From positions 48,050,001-48,114,000 of the forward strand of contig NC_043014.1 of the NCBI RefSeq assembly GCF_006345805.1: DNA of 64,000 nt, given 5' to 3'. The position numbers and the translations under genes were made by a program. Shown here one piece after another: positions 38,511-50,818 of this stretch. The stretch's first letter is position 1. Every line of letters begins with the position of its first letter. The notes under the pieces are model-generated. The model searched no databases. It saw only the letters and a list, made by a program, of their open reading frames with translations, and had not been told where the DNA came from. Origin of the DNA: Octopus sinensis (Eukaryota).

Positions 38511-41500
38511 ACTTCCAATCTAAAATATCAATATTTTAAAATATAAAAATAATAATTTTAAAATAATTAAAGTATGAATGAAAAAATGTAAATATATAAT
38601 CCATATATAACCTATATATAATCCATATATAAACAATATATAAACTAAAATAAACCTATCAACAATTAAATATAAAATATAAAACAAAACAAAAAAATAA
38701 TAATACTATAATAATAAACTATATATACACCCATACACATATACCTAATTATATATAACCATATCTAACTACATACACTAAATCACACACCTATATATAT
38801 ATCCCTATACATACACATAAAAACGTCTAGGCAACTATAAATAAATAAAATAGCTAAATACTTCAACACAATACTTATTCATACTCCCACACACACACAC
38901 ACATACAACCCACATTCACGCTCTAGAAAACGGACATCACTTAAAATTATGAACGGAGAAATGGAATAAATGGAATTAAAAATTATATTCACTTGGTAAA
39001 ACTAACACTACTTAAAAATTATGAATGAAACAATGCAATAAAACAACAGACATCACAAATAGACACAAATTACTACGAATTCCTTAACAAACCTACCATG
39101 ATAAACCAAAACTCATAAAAACATATAATGATAAAATCTCCCTTTACTAAACTCTATAACATACCTATATAGCAATCCCCCTAACCTAAACATTCACACA
39201 CAAATACACACACGTAAACCACACACCCACGACATATACAAATACCCACACCACTTACACATACCTATACATACATATAAACCTCAACATATACTCCAAA
39301 AACCCACTCAACCCCACACAGACAAATAAACACAAAAATTATGAATGGATTCTTTTATAAAACTACCATGATAAGCTAAAACTCACAAAACATAAATGAT
39401 AAAACCTCCCTTTACTAAACACTATAACATACTTATATAGGAATCCCTTTAACCTATACATTCACACACAAAAAACACACACGTAAACCACACACCCATA
39501 ACAAATACAAACACCCACCCCACTCACACACACCCACAAGTACATATACGCCTCAACATATACACCAAACAAAATTACTTTACCAAGGAACTTAACATAT
39601 GTATAAAAAGTATAACCGCTCTGGAAACGAACATCTTTTAAAATAATGAATGGAGAAATGGAATAAATGGAATTAAAAATAATATTCACGTGGCAAAACG
39701 AACACCACTCAAAAATTATGAATGAAACAATGTAATAAAACAACCAACATCGAAAATAGACAAATTACCACGAATTCCCTAAAAAAACCATGATAAACCA
39801 AAACTCTTAAAAACATATAACGATAAAATCTCCCTTTGCTAAACTCTATAACAAACCTATATAGCAATCCCCCTAACCTAAACATTCACACACAAAAAAC
39901 ACACACGTAAACCACAGACCCACGACTTATACACATACCTATACTAACTTATAAACCTCAATATACACCAAAACCCACTCCCTCCCCACACAGACAAATT
40001 AACACATACATCCCAAAACCTAAATACAAACCCATATACACATTCACACACAAACACACACACACGCAAAACACACACACACAACAGATACATATACTCC
40101 CTCACATATACGCATATACATACTCACTAAACTCGATATATACAACAATATTTACACACCCACACTCATACAGATAAATAAATTATACAACTAAAAACTC
40201 ACACACAATCTCATATACATAAACACTCCAATAAAAAACACATTAAATACATCGTAATTAACCAGAATATCAAAAATAACAATATGACATAAGGAGAAAT
40301 AAACTACATACTTACAAGTCAGTTTCAAATTATGAAGTGAAATTAAATTCTTAGCCATTAAAAAAATCAAACCAAAATTACGTTACCATAGAAATATAAC
40401 TTATGTAAAAAAAGAATACGCGCCATGGAAAGTAAACGTCATTTAAAATTATGAATGGAGAAATAGAATAAATGGAACTAAAAACTATATCCACGTGGCA
40501 AACCAACACTACTTAAAAAAATTTATTATGAATGGATTCTTTAATAAAACTACCATAATAAATTATTATATACAATTATGAGCTTTAGCTCATCTTAGCA
40601 GCTCTAACAAACAACTTGCAGTAACCCAAATCCATTCTCGAATGAATGAATGGGTGGAGTTGGGAATTGTAACCGGGTGGTGGGCTAGCATTGCTTGGAA
40701 TTGGGAATGGAATAGTGTAGTAGTAAGGCAGGCATCGAGAATGGATTTGGGTTACTGCAAGTTGTTTGTTAGAGCTGCTAAGATGAGCTAAAGCTCATAA
40801 TTGTATATAATAATTTATTATGGTAGTTTTATTAAAGAATCCATTCATAATAAATTTTTTTAAGTAGTGTTGGTTTGCCACGTGGATATAGTTTTTAGTT
40901 CCATTTATTCTATTTCTCCATTCATAATTTTAAATGACGTTTACTTTCCATGGCGCGTATTCTTTTTTTACATAAGTTATATTTCTATGGTAACGTAATT
41001 TTGGTTTGATTTTTTTAATGGCTAAGAATTTAATTTCACTTCATAATTTGAAACTGACTTGTAAGTATGTATACTACTTAAAAAAATTTATTATGAATGG
41101 ATTCTTTAATAAAACTACCATAATAAATTATTATATACAATTATGAGCTTTAGCTCATCTTAGCAGCTCTAACAAACAACTTGCAGTAACCCAAATCCAT
41201 TCTCGAATGAATGAATGGGTGGAGTTGGGATTGTAACCGGTGGTGGGCTAGCATTGCTTGGAATTGGGAATGGAATAGTGTAGTAGTAAGGCAGGCATCG
41301 AGAATGGATTTGGGTTACTGCAAGTTGTTTGTTAGAGCTGCTAAGATGAGCTAAAGCTCATAATTGTATATAATAATTTATTATGGTAGTTTTATTAAAG
41401 AATCCATTCATAATAAATTTTTTTAAGTAGTGTTGGTTTGCCACGTGGATATAGTTTTTAGTTCCATTTATTCTATTTCTCCATTCATAATTTTAAATGA

Positions 41501-43468
41501 CGTTTACTTTCCATGGCGCGTATTCTTTTTTTACATAAGTTATATTTCTATGGTAACGTAATTTTGGTTTGATTTTTTAATGGCTAAGAATTTAATTCAC
41601 TTCATAATTTGAAACTGACTTGTAAGTATGTATTTTATTTCTCCTTATGTCATATTGTTATTTTTGATATTCTGGTTAATTACGATGTATTTAATGTTGT
41701 TTTTTATTGGAGTGTTTATGTATATGAGATTGTGTGTGACTTTTTAGTTGTATAATTTATTTATCTGTATGAGTGTGGGTGTGTAAATATTGTTGTATAT
41801 ATCGAGTTTAGTGAGTATGTATATGCGTATATGTGAGGGAGTATATGTATCTGTGTGTGTGTGTGTTTTGCGTGTGTGTGTGTTTGTGTGTGAATGTGTA
41901 TATGGGTTTGTTATTTAGGTTTTGGGATGTATGTGTTAATTTGTCTGTGTGGGGAGGGAGTGGGTTTTTGGTGTATATTGAGGTTTATAAGTTAGTATAG
42001 GTATGTGTATAAGTCGTGGGTCTGTGGTTTACATGTGTGTTTTTTGTGTGTGAATGTTTAGGTTAGGGGGATTGCTATATAGGTTTGTTATAGAGTTTAG
42101 CAAAGGGAGATTTTATCGTTATATGTTTTTAAGAGATTTGGTTTATCATGGTTTTTTTAGGGAATTCGTGGTAATTTGTCTATTTTCAATGTTGGTTGTT
42201 TTATTACATTGTTTCATTCATAATTTTTGAGTGGTGTTCGTTTTGCCACGTGAATATTATTTTTAATTCCATTTATTCCATTTCTCCATTCATTATTTTA
42301 AAAGATGTTCGTTTCCAGAGCGGTTATACTTTTTATACATATGTTAAGTTCCTTGGTAAAGTAATTTTGTTTGGTGTATATGTTGAGGCGTATATGTACT
42401 TGTGGGTGTGTGTGAGTGGGGTGGGTGTTTGTATTTGTTATGGGTGTGTGGTTTACGTGTGTGTATTTGTGTGTGAATGTATAGGTTAAAGGGATTCCTA
42501 TATAAGTATGTTATAGTGTTTAGTAAAGGGAGGTTTTATCATTTATGTTTTGTGAGTTTTAGCTTATCATGGTAGTTTTATAAAAGAATCCATTCATAAT
42601 TTTTGTGTTTATTTGTCTGTGTGGGGTTGAGTGGGTTTTTGGAGTATATGTTGAGGTTTATATGTATGTATAGGTATGTGTAAGTGGTGTGGGTATTTGT
42701 ATATGTCGTGGGTGTGTGGTTTACGTGGGTGTGTGGTTTACGTGTGTGTATTTGTGTGTGAATGTTTAGGTTAGGGGGATTGCTATATAGGTATGTTATA
42801 GAGTTTAGTAAAGGGAGATTTTATCATTATATGTTTTTATGAGTTTTAGTTTATCATGGTAGGTTTGTTAAGGAATTCGTAGTAATTTGTGTCTATTTGC
42901 GATGTCTGTTGTTTTATTGCATTGTTTCATTCATAATTTTTAAGTAGTGTTAGTTTTACCAAGTGAATATAATTTTTAATTCCATTTATTCCATTTCTCT
43001 CGTTCATAATTTTAAGTGATGTCCGTTTTCTAGAGCGTGAATGTGGGTTGTATGTGTGTGTGTGTGGGAGTATGAATAAGTATTGTGTTGAAGTATTTAG
43101 CTATTTTATTTATTTATAGTTGCCTAGACGTTTTTATGTGTATGTATAGGGATATATATATAGGTGTGTGATTTAGTGTATGTAGTTAGATATGGTTATA
43201 TATAATTAGGTATATGTGTATGGGTGTATATATAGTTTATTATTATATTATTATTATTTTTTTGTTTTGTTTTATATTTTATATTTTATATTTTATATTT
43301 AATTGTTGATAGGTTTATTTTAGTTTATATATTGTTTATATATTGATTATATATGGATTATATATAGGTTATATATGGATTATATATTTACATTTTTTCA
43401 TTCATACTTTAATTATTTTAAAATTATTATTTTTATATTTTAAAATATTGATATTTTAGATTGGAAGT

Positions 43469-43511
43469 CCACCTGAAGATTGTCGATCAAGACAAGAAAC
43501 AATTGTAGTGG
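43469..43511 (+). ncRNA. Minimal type I hammerhead ribozyme motif (Penelope-like element type)
   Basis: CCAC CUGAAGA UUGUC-GAUCAA-GACAA GAAAC AAUU GUA GUGG. Canonical core, stem I 4 bp, stem II 5 bp, stem III AC/GU within palindrome ACAAUUGU, GUA triplet. Confidence 0.8.
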
Positions 43512-43598
43512 CGGTTTTTTTGACTATTTATTAAAATTTTATGTATTGATTAAGTCTTTCCTTGTTTGTTTTGCAAAATAGTGGTTTTGTCTCTAATA

Positions 43599-43655
<57 letters not shown>

Positions 43656-44212
43656 TATATATACACACACACATATACATATATGTATATATCTTATTTT
43701 TTACTTGTTTCAGTCCATGATTGAACAGCATAATGAATTAATGCTCCAATCGGTCAAAACTTTATATCATTCCCAAATTATCAAAAATTGAATATTAATA
43801 TACATTTATATATATTATATATGTATTTTTTTTACTACCCACAAAGGGCTAAACACAGATGGGACAAACGGATTAAGTCGATTACATTTACCCCAGTGCG
43901 TAACTGGTACTTAATTTATCGACCCCGAAAGGATGAAAGGCAAAGTCGACCTTGGCGGAATTTGAACCCAGAACATAACCGCAGATGAAATACGGCTACG
44001 CATTTCGTCCGGCGTGCTAACATTTCTGCCAGCTCACCGCCTTACACACTGCCTTATATATATTATATATGGAACGTTTATTCATTATACCTTTCAGTTA
44101 TTTCTCCTTTCACCTCGGTGTCACCTGAGCACTTCCAGCTGTTGTCCTATTTTCATTTTTGTTCTGTGGTTCAACAACGTTATAAAATCATCCTCTTATA
44201 TATGTATGTATG

Positions 44213-44250
<38 letters not shown>

Positions 44251-44637
44251 ATACATATATAGGATAGCCAATATTCGTTAGAAATATCACCACCAGTGGC
44301 TTAGCATGTATAAATAGTCAATAGACAACATATTCTTACTTTAAAAATAGTGTACGTTTAAACACAAAAGAAAACTACCCTTTAACAAGTAATTTTTACA
44401 TGCTAGAAGAAGCAGCCAAAATGGCCAAAACCACAGTTTAATAGCAATTTTTGAAGGAAATGAAAAATAAAAGCTTTTACTTTAAAAAAAAGATAAAAGT
44501 TTTTATTTTTCATTTCCTTAGAAAATTGCTATTAAATTGTGGTTTTGGCCATTTTGGCTGCTTCTTCTAGCATGTAAAAATTACCTGTTAAAGGGTAGTT
44601 TTCTTTTGTGTTTAATGTACACTATTTTAAAAATAAG

Positions 44638-44725
<88 letters not shown>

Positions 44726-44822
44726 GATGACACACACACATATATCAGACAGTAAGCAAGCAAAATTATGAGTAAAAAAACTGTATTTTGTATGACAAAA
44801 CTGTTATTTCTTAAAATTCTAG

Positions 44823-44931
44823 GGTGAATGAACTTGAAACCAGTTTGATGGAGATGTGTGACTTTGGAACGGTGAGAAATATATGCCGAGGACGCCCTGT
44901 ACCTGCACACTTGAGACCTGAAGTATGGCAG
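44823..44931 (+). CDS. TBC1D23: TBC1D23 exon 2 (VNELETSLMEMCDFGTVRNICRGRPVPAHLRPEVWQ)
   Basis: ttctAG| ... |GTTAGT. Resembles TBC1D23 '[25 protein letters not shown]' as recalled. Confidence 0.93.
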
Positions 44932-45978
44932 GTTAGTAACTGGTGTCTTCATTTTTGTCTGTTATCTATATCTGTGGTGCATGTGTGTCTGTATGTATGT
45001 ATGTATGTATGTATGTATGTATGTATATTTCCCCCCAATATTTGTTGCAGTCTATATATTGACTCTACACGCTTCGGATTGCCACACTTGTCACTGTGCA
45101 CTCCTCCCTCTCTCCCTCATTCTTCATGCTACTCTCTACTTGCTTTTGTACCGTGACGGCTTCCTGTTCCTCTTCCCTGACCCACTCCTCCTTCCTCCAC
45201 CTCTCCCCCAAACTGATATTTAGCATTGACAATACCCCTTTACCTGTCTGCCATTCACTATGTGCCTATGTTCCCTACCTTTCCCCATCTCTCTCTGAGG
45301 AATTACAACCGTGTTTCATGGTCTGCTACCACAACAGCTCCTTTATAGGATCCATCAGGAGGAACCATGTCCGGTTTCGGCCCCTACTCCTCTACCGTTT
45401 TGACATGGCGGTGCCCCCGCTTTCGGAGGTGTCTTCAGCTCTGGTATTGGGTGCATGCCTTCTTTCTTTCTTCTTTCTTCTGTTCCCTGGCCTCTTCGAT
45501 GTATCATCAGCGAGTGTCAGCCGGTGACTGTCTTGTCAAATTTTTCCCTTTAATTACCTGCCGCATAGGCTCCAGCAGGCAACCCCAGCAAGTTGGGTCA
45601 CGTGACACTGTCTCACCTTAACTGACTAGTGAAGGCGCGTAGTTTTAGCCCGCGCTTTTTCTAAACGACCTTCACCTGTCACTCCTCTGATTTTACCTGA
45701 TCTTCTGCTTTTATCCCCTTCACCTGTCTCCATCCTCCTTGCATTCACATTCATCCTCTTGTACCCTGAGAATGTCCTGATACCTCAATACTACCAGCTT
45801 TTCTAACTGGGGTTGTCATAGACACCTGTTGCTATCTGAGATTGAAACTGTTGTGTCCTCAGTCAAATCGTCCAACCCATGCTAGCATGGAAAGCGGACG
45901 TTAAACGATGATGATGATGATGATCACACATGCACTCACTCACACTCACACACACTCACACACACACACACACACACA

Positions 45979-46029
<51 letters not shown>

Positions 46030-46085
46030 ACATACACACACACAGATATTGCTTTTGTGTATCTACTGAACATTTTCAATTGCAG

Positions 46086-46191
46086 ATTTGTCTGAATATT
46101 CAAGGCCGAGGAGATGCAATGGCTACATTTGATGGTTTATATGACATGGACGAACAGACACAGTTGAGAGAAGACTGCACAGCTCTTGTTG
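46086..46191 (+). CDS. TBC1D23: TBC1D23 exon 3 (ICLNIQGRGDAMATFDGLYDMDEQTQLREDCTALV)
   Basis: ttgcAG| ... |GTGAGT; 106 nt, phase 0 to 1; frame-compatible with both neighbours. Confidence 0.93.
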
Positions 46192-47103
46192 GTGAGTGTT
46201 TATTTTGGGGAAATGTTTTTTGTTTTGCAGTGTCAGTGATGGTGACGGGGAGAGGAGCACTCTGGTGGTAGTGGGGCTCCTTAGAGTTACTGAATCAGGG
46301 CGTATCATCATCGTTTAACATCTGCTTTCCATGCTAGCATGGGTTGGACGATTTGACTGAGGTCTGGCGAACCAGATGGCTGCACCAGGCTTCAATCTTG
46401 ACCTGGCAGAGTTTCTACAGCTGGATGCCCTTCCTAACACCAACCACTCCGGGAGTGTAGTGGATGCTTTTACGTGCCACCGGTACGGGGCCAGTCAGGC
46501 GGTACTGGTAACGACTTCGCTCGAATCTTTTACACATGCCACCAGTACAGGTGCTAGTAGGGCGATGCTGGTAGTATTATTATACACTACACCATTTGAA
46601 GACTCTCACACTGTAACCCATACAATTCATCACAGTATGTCAGAGCATACATTATCTATCAGAATATAAGAAATAGACAGGGCAGTGAAGGGAATACGAT
46701 CTGTCCATACTATTCATTGTTTATCAGAGTATGGAGTATGGTTCCCTGTTAGGAAGGAACATGGTGTGATTTGATAAACGGATCTGGGTTTTGTGTGTGA
46801 TTGTTTTGTTGACTATACAACAACTAGAGGACTGTTTGATCAGAGATGATCTGGGATTATACAGCAAGAAGAACGATTATTTATACTCCATATTTTTCTG
46901 TACCCTACACCATTCATAAGGTATGTTCTATCTTACACTACCCAAGTTCTATATTTTTACCTCCTCTACAATAAGGAAGCCTTTTACATGGTTATTTAAC
47001 ATACTAGAAATAGCAGAAAAATGTTTACTTAAAGAGAATAACAAGCTACATAATACAAAATTTTTACTTTTCAAAAATTCCAATTCTAAAGGGTTGAAAC
47101 AAA

Positions 47104-47132
47104 CCCGAGTAACGCCGGGCGATACTGCTAGT
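47104..47132 (+). mobile_element. Helitron-like 3' terminus
   Basis: GC hairpin cccgagtaacgccggg followed 8 nt later by CTAG|T. Confidence 0.5.
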
Positions 47133-47374
47133 TATTTGATAATTTTTTGAAATTATCTCCCCTACTTTGTGAGAGTCGCTCACACTTGCCACCAGGTTTT
47201 AATTTTCTTCTGCCAATTTTTAGTTGTATGTCATTCTGTACCACTCTACGTCAACGTGAATCACTTCAATTTTTGGCATTGGTCCACATTGGTCCACATC
47301 TTAAAGCACGTTTTGTAATCCTGCTCTGTTTGGTCAATCTTTGTCTTTGATTTTTTTGATATTTGTTTATTGTC

Positions 47375-47706
47375 TTGTTGTGTCTGGGGAGAGTCATTTT
47401 CTTTTTGTGCCTTATAATGTAACACACTCACCGGTAAAATTTCCACTTATTTCTTATTTTTATTTTCCTAAAAATTTTCGTTGTGTCTTGCAACCTTTTC
47501 GATAGTTTTGAAGATTTCCACTTTTATCTTCCTAAAATTTTCGTTGCGTCTTGCAACCTTTTCAATAGTTTTGACTCTCAAAACTATTGAAAAGGTTGCA
47601 AGACGCAACAAAAATTTTAGGAAGATAAGAAAAAAGTGGAAATTTTACCAGTGAGTGTCTTATGTTATAAGGCACAAAATGGAAATGACTCCCCCCAGAC
47701 ACAACA
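47375..47706. repeat. Fold-back element with three copies of a motif of about 45 nt (two tandem on minus, one on plus)
   Basis: Symmetry centre ttttga-ctc-tcaaaa at 47576; outer arms tgtctggggagagtcatttt / aaatgactccccccagacaca. Confidence 0.8.
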
Positions 47707-47786
47707 GAATATGCTTCAACACACAAACTCATATAAAGAATCTTATACACCAAATCCAAAAATGAAATGTTTATTGTGTATTTCAG

Positions 47787-47991
47787 ATAAACTGGGCAAC
47801 GAAGAAGACGACCGTGTCTCCATTGTCAGCGACTTGGAATCTATTTTCACATTTTACAGCAAATCTAAGAATGAATCTTATATCCCTGATAATGGCTGGT
47901 TGGAAGTGATTCAACCTTTATTAGCCATGAAATACAACAGGATAGAACTTTACAACAGTTTCTACACTGTTGTTAACAGATACTTGCCAAA
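47787..47991 (+). CDS. TBC1D23: TBC1D23 exon 4 (DKLGNEEDDRVSIVSDLESIFTFYSKSK...ELYNSFYTVVNRYLPK)
   Basis: tttcAG| ... |GTATGT; 205 nt. Matches the TBC1D23 'DIESVITFYCKS...LYNCFYAIMNKYIP' segment as recalled. Confidence 0.95.
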
Positions 47992-48358
47992 GTATGTCCC
48001 CTTCTTTCTCTTCTCTCTTCTGTCATCTGCTCTCTTATCTTCTTTCTCCTTCTCCCTTCTTTCTGTCTTCTACTCTGTCGTCTTCCTCCTCCTCCTCCCC
48101 TGTCTTCTCTTGTCTGTCTTTTATCTTTACACTTACCAAAGTCTTTTCTCAGCTTTTACTATTTCTCTTCTTAATTCCTCCATCTTCATTTTTCGTTTTC
48201 ATAAAATGCTGTGTGTGTGTGTATGTGTTTGCATCTACTTGTCTCTGTCTGTCTGTCTGTTTCAGTGTCCTTCTGTGTGTCAGTTTGTCTGCCTCTCTAT
48301 CTGTCTATCCACCTGTTTGTGTATCTGTCTTTGTCTATGTATCTGCATGTATGTATTA

Positions 48359-48414
<56 letters not shown>

Positions 48415-48621
48415 GTATGTATGTATGTATGATGATGATGTATATATGTGTACGTATGCACCCACTACACTCATGGAGTGGTTGGCGTTAGGAAGGACAT
48501 CCAGCTGTAGAAACATTGCCAGATAAGACCGGAGCCTGGTGCAGCCTTCTGGCTCCCAGATCCCCGGTCGAACCGTCCAACCCATGCTAGCATGGAGAAC
48601 GGACGTTAAACAATGATGATG

Positions 48622-48678
<57 letters not shown>

Positions 48679-48883
48679 GTATGTATGTATGTATGATGAT
48701 GATGTATATATGTGTACGTATGCACCCACTACACTCATGGAGTGGTTGGCGTTAGGAAGGACATCCAGCTGTAGAAACATTGCCAGATAAGACCGGAGCC
48801 TGGTGCAGCCTTCTGGCTCCCAGATCCCCGGTCGAACCGTCCAACCCATGCTAGCATGGAGAACGGACGTTAAACAATGATGA

Positions 48884-48924
<41 letters not shown>

Positions 48925-49850
48925 TATATATATATCATCATCATCATCGTTTAACATCCGGTTTACCATGCTAGCATGGGTTGGACGGTTCAACCGGGGT
49001 CTGGGAAGCCAAGGAGGCTGCACCAGGCTCCAGTCTGATCTGGCAGTGTTTCTACAGCTGGATGCCCTTCCTAATGCCAACCACTCCATGAGTGTAGTGG
49101 GTGCTTTTTACGTGCCACTGGCACAGGGGCCAGAGGAAGCTGGCAAATGGCCACGATCAGTTGGTGCTTTTACGTGTCACCGACACGGACGCCAGTCAGG
49201 AGGCACTAGCATCTGCCACGTTCGGATGGTGCTTTTAACATGTCACCGGCACGGGTATCTTAACTACAATTTCCATTTGATTTTCATTTTGATGTTGGTG
49301 TTAACATACTTGACTCAATAGGTATATATATAGATAGATATATTGATATGCACATATATATAGATTGTGCATAATTTTTGTACTAGTCACTAGTGTTATA
49401 AATTGTGAATTGTGATCCATCAAAAGCCAAAGGTTTTTCATGTTATTGAATTGTGGGGTAGAGGTTAATGAGCATGCATGCTTTTCCAAAGGGTATAAGT
49501 GTAAGAAGGACCCACAATGAGGAACCAAACCCAATTCATCAAGAGCTTACCACCCACCTCTCCCATTATGCACCAACACATAATATGTAAGAAACATGGT
49601 GTGATTTTTGTTGGAGCAAAAAATTAAGAATTTTGACTTAAAGCATTTACAACTTGAACAAAAGAATGGAATCGTTAGCACCCTGTATGCATGGGGCTAA
49701 TTATCTTTTGTGTAAAATCCCAGCTTCCTTGAATTTCATACTGGTTCAGTAAAAAATATTGCTTTTGAAATGTTAAGTTGATATATGTTTTTGTATATAT
49801 GTACATTCATGTGTGTGTGTATTATACATGCATATATGTGTACATGTATA

Positions 49851-50306
49851 CATCATGGGGTACTGAAAAGTTGCTGGCTTTAAGAATATCTGTATCTTTA
49901 TTACCCACAAGGGGCTAAACACAGAGGGGACAGACAAACGGATTAAGTCGATTACATTGACCCCAGTGCGTAACTGGTACTTAATTTATTGACCCTGAAA
50001 AGATGAAAGGCAAAGTCGACCTCGGCAGAATTTGAACTCAGAACACAAAGACAGACGAAATAGCGCTAAGCATTTTGCCCAGCGTGCTAACGTTTTTGCC
50101 AGCTCGCCGCCTTTAAGAGTATCATGAAAGGCCTGGTTGGAGGTCCAGCCTTCCAAGTTCTTTTACAGGACTTAGAAAAACTGAAGGACTGCTGCAATAA
50201 GTGTGTAAATCTGAGAGGGAAATATGTTGAATGAAATCATAACCAACTGACTCTCCTGAATTTTGTTTTACCCAAAGCCAGGAACTTTTCAGCACCCCAT
50301 CATATG
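49851..50306. mobile_element. Mariner-like MITE interrupted by a family A SINE
   Basis: TIRs atggggtactgaaaagttgctggcttt / aaagccaggaacttttcagcaccccat; SINE flanked by duplicated ctttaaga(a/g)tatc. Confidence 0.7.
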
Positions 50307-50818
50307 TGTATACATGTGTAGGTATATATGCATATTCACAGGTGCAGCAAAATACACAAATGCATGTGCACACATACAAATGCACACATTTGTTGCTTTA
50401 AAAATATTACTTTAAAGTATTACTTCAACAAAAATGCAATTTCATGAAAGTTTTTAGAGTGACCTCATTTGTATGAAATTTAAGACATTTGGAATATTCC
50501 CACAAGAGCCAGAAATGAAATAGAAAAAATGCGAGCTTGAAGCAACTGTTTTTGCACGTGTCACTTAAAAGGGATTTTTTTTAAAAAAAAAAAGAAAGAA
50601 AGCAAAGATAAATGTTTTCTGAATAACTTTCATACAATATTTTTAAAATACATTCAGACAGCCAATATATTTCAAAGGTGAAACAGTTCTAATATATTAA
50701 TAGAACACTCTACACTTGTGTATTGAATTCTGTAAATTATTGCTTTTGGTGAATCAGCAGAGATTTATGTATGTATATGGTATGTATGTGTGTGTATTTA
50801 TATATATATATATTTATA

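Larger units (their letters stand above)
38371..43608. mobile_element. 5.2-kb palindromic (fold-back) element, probably Penelope-like-derived and non-autonomous
   Basis: Left arm 38371-40641 and right arm 41298-43608 are reverse complements with a non-palindromic apex of about 92 nt. A hammerhead lies near each outer end; (TA)n is close to both sides; no intact ORF. Confidence 0.7.

Noticed and set aside
39462-42489. Duplicated ORF MFYYIVSFIIFEW... (39462-39743 minus, 42196-42489 plus)
   Set aside because: It appears twice only because of the palindrome; low-complexity, with no recognisable domain or splice context.
38371-43608. Mitochondrial control-region insertion (NUMT), suggested by the strong A/C versus G/T skew
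   Set aside because: No mitochondrial tRNA, rRNA or protein fragments were recognised, and the hammerhead-bearing ends fit a retroelement origin better. Not excluded without BLAST.
47636-48526. 296-aa ORF as a standalone gene
   Set aside because: Only 47787-47991 is exon 4 of TBC1D23. The rest is fold-back repeat and pyrimidine-rich or microsatellite intron read-through.
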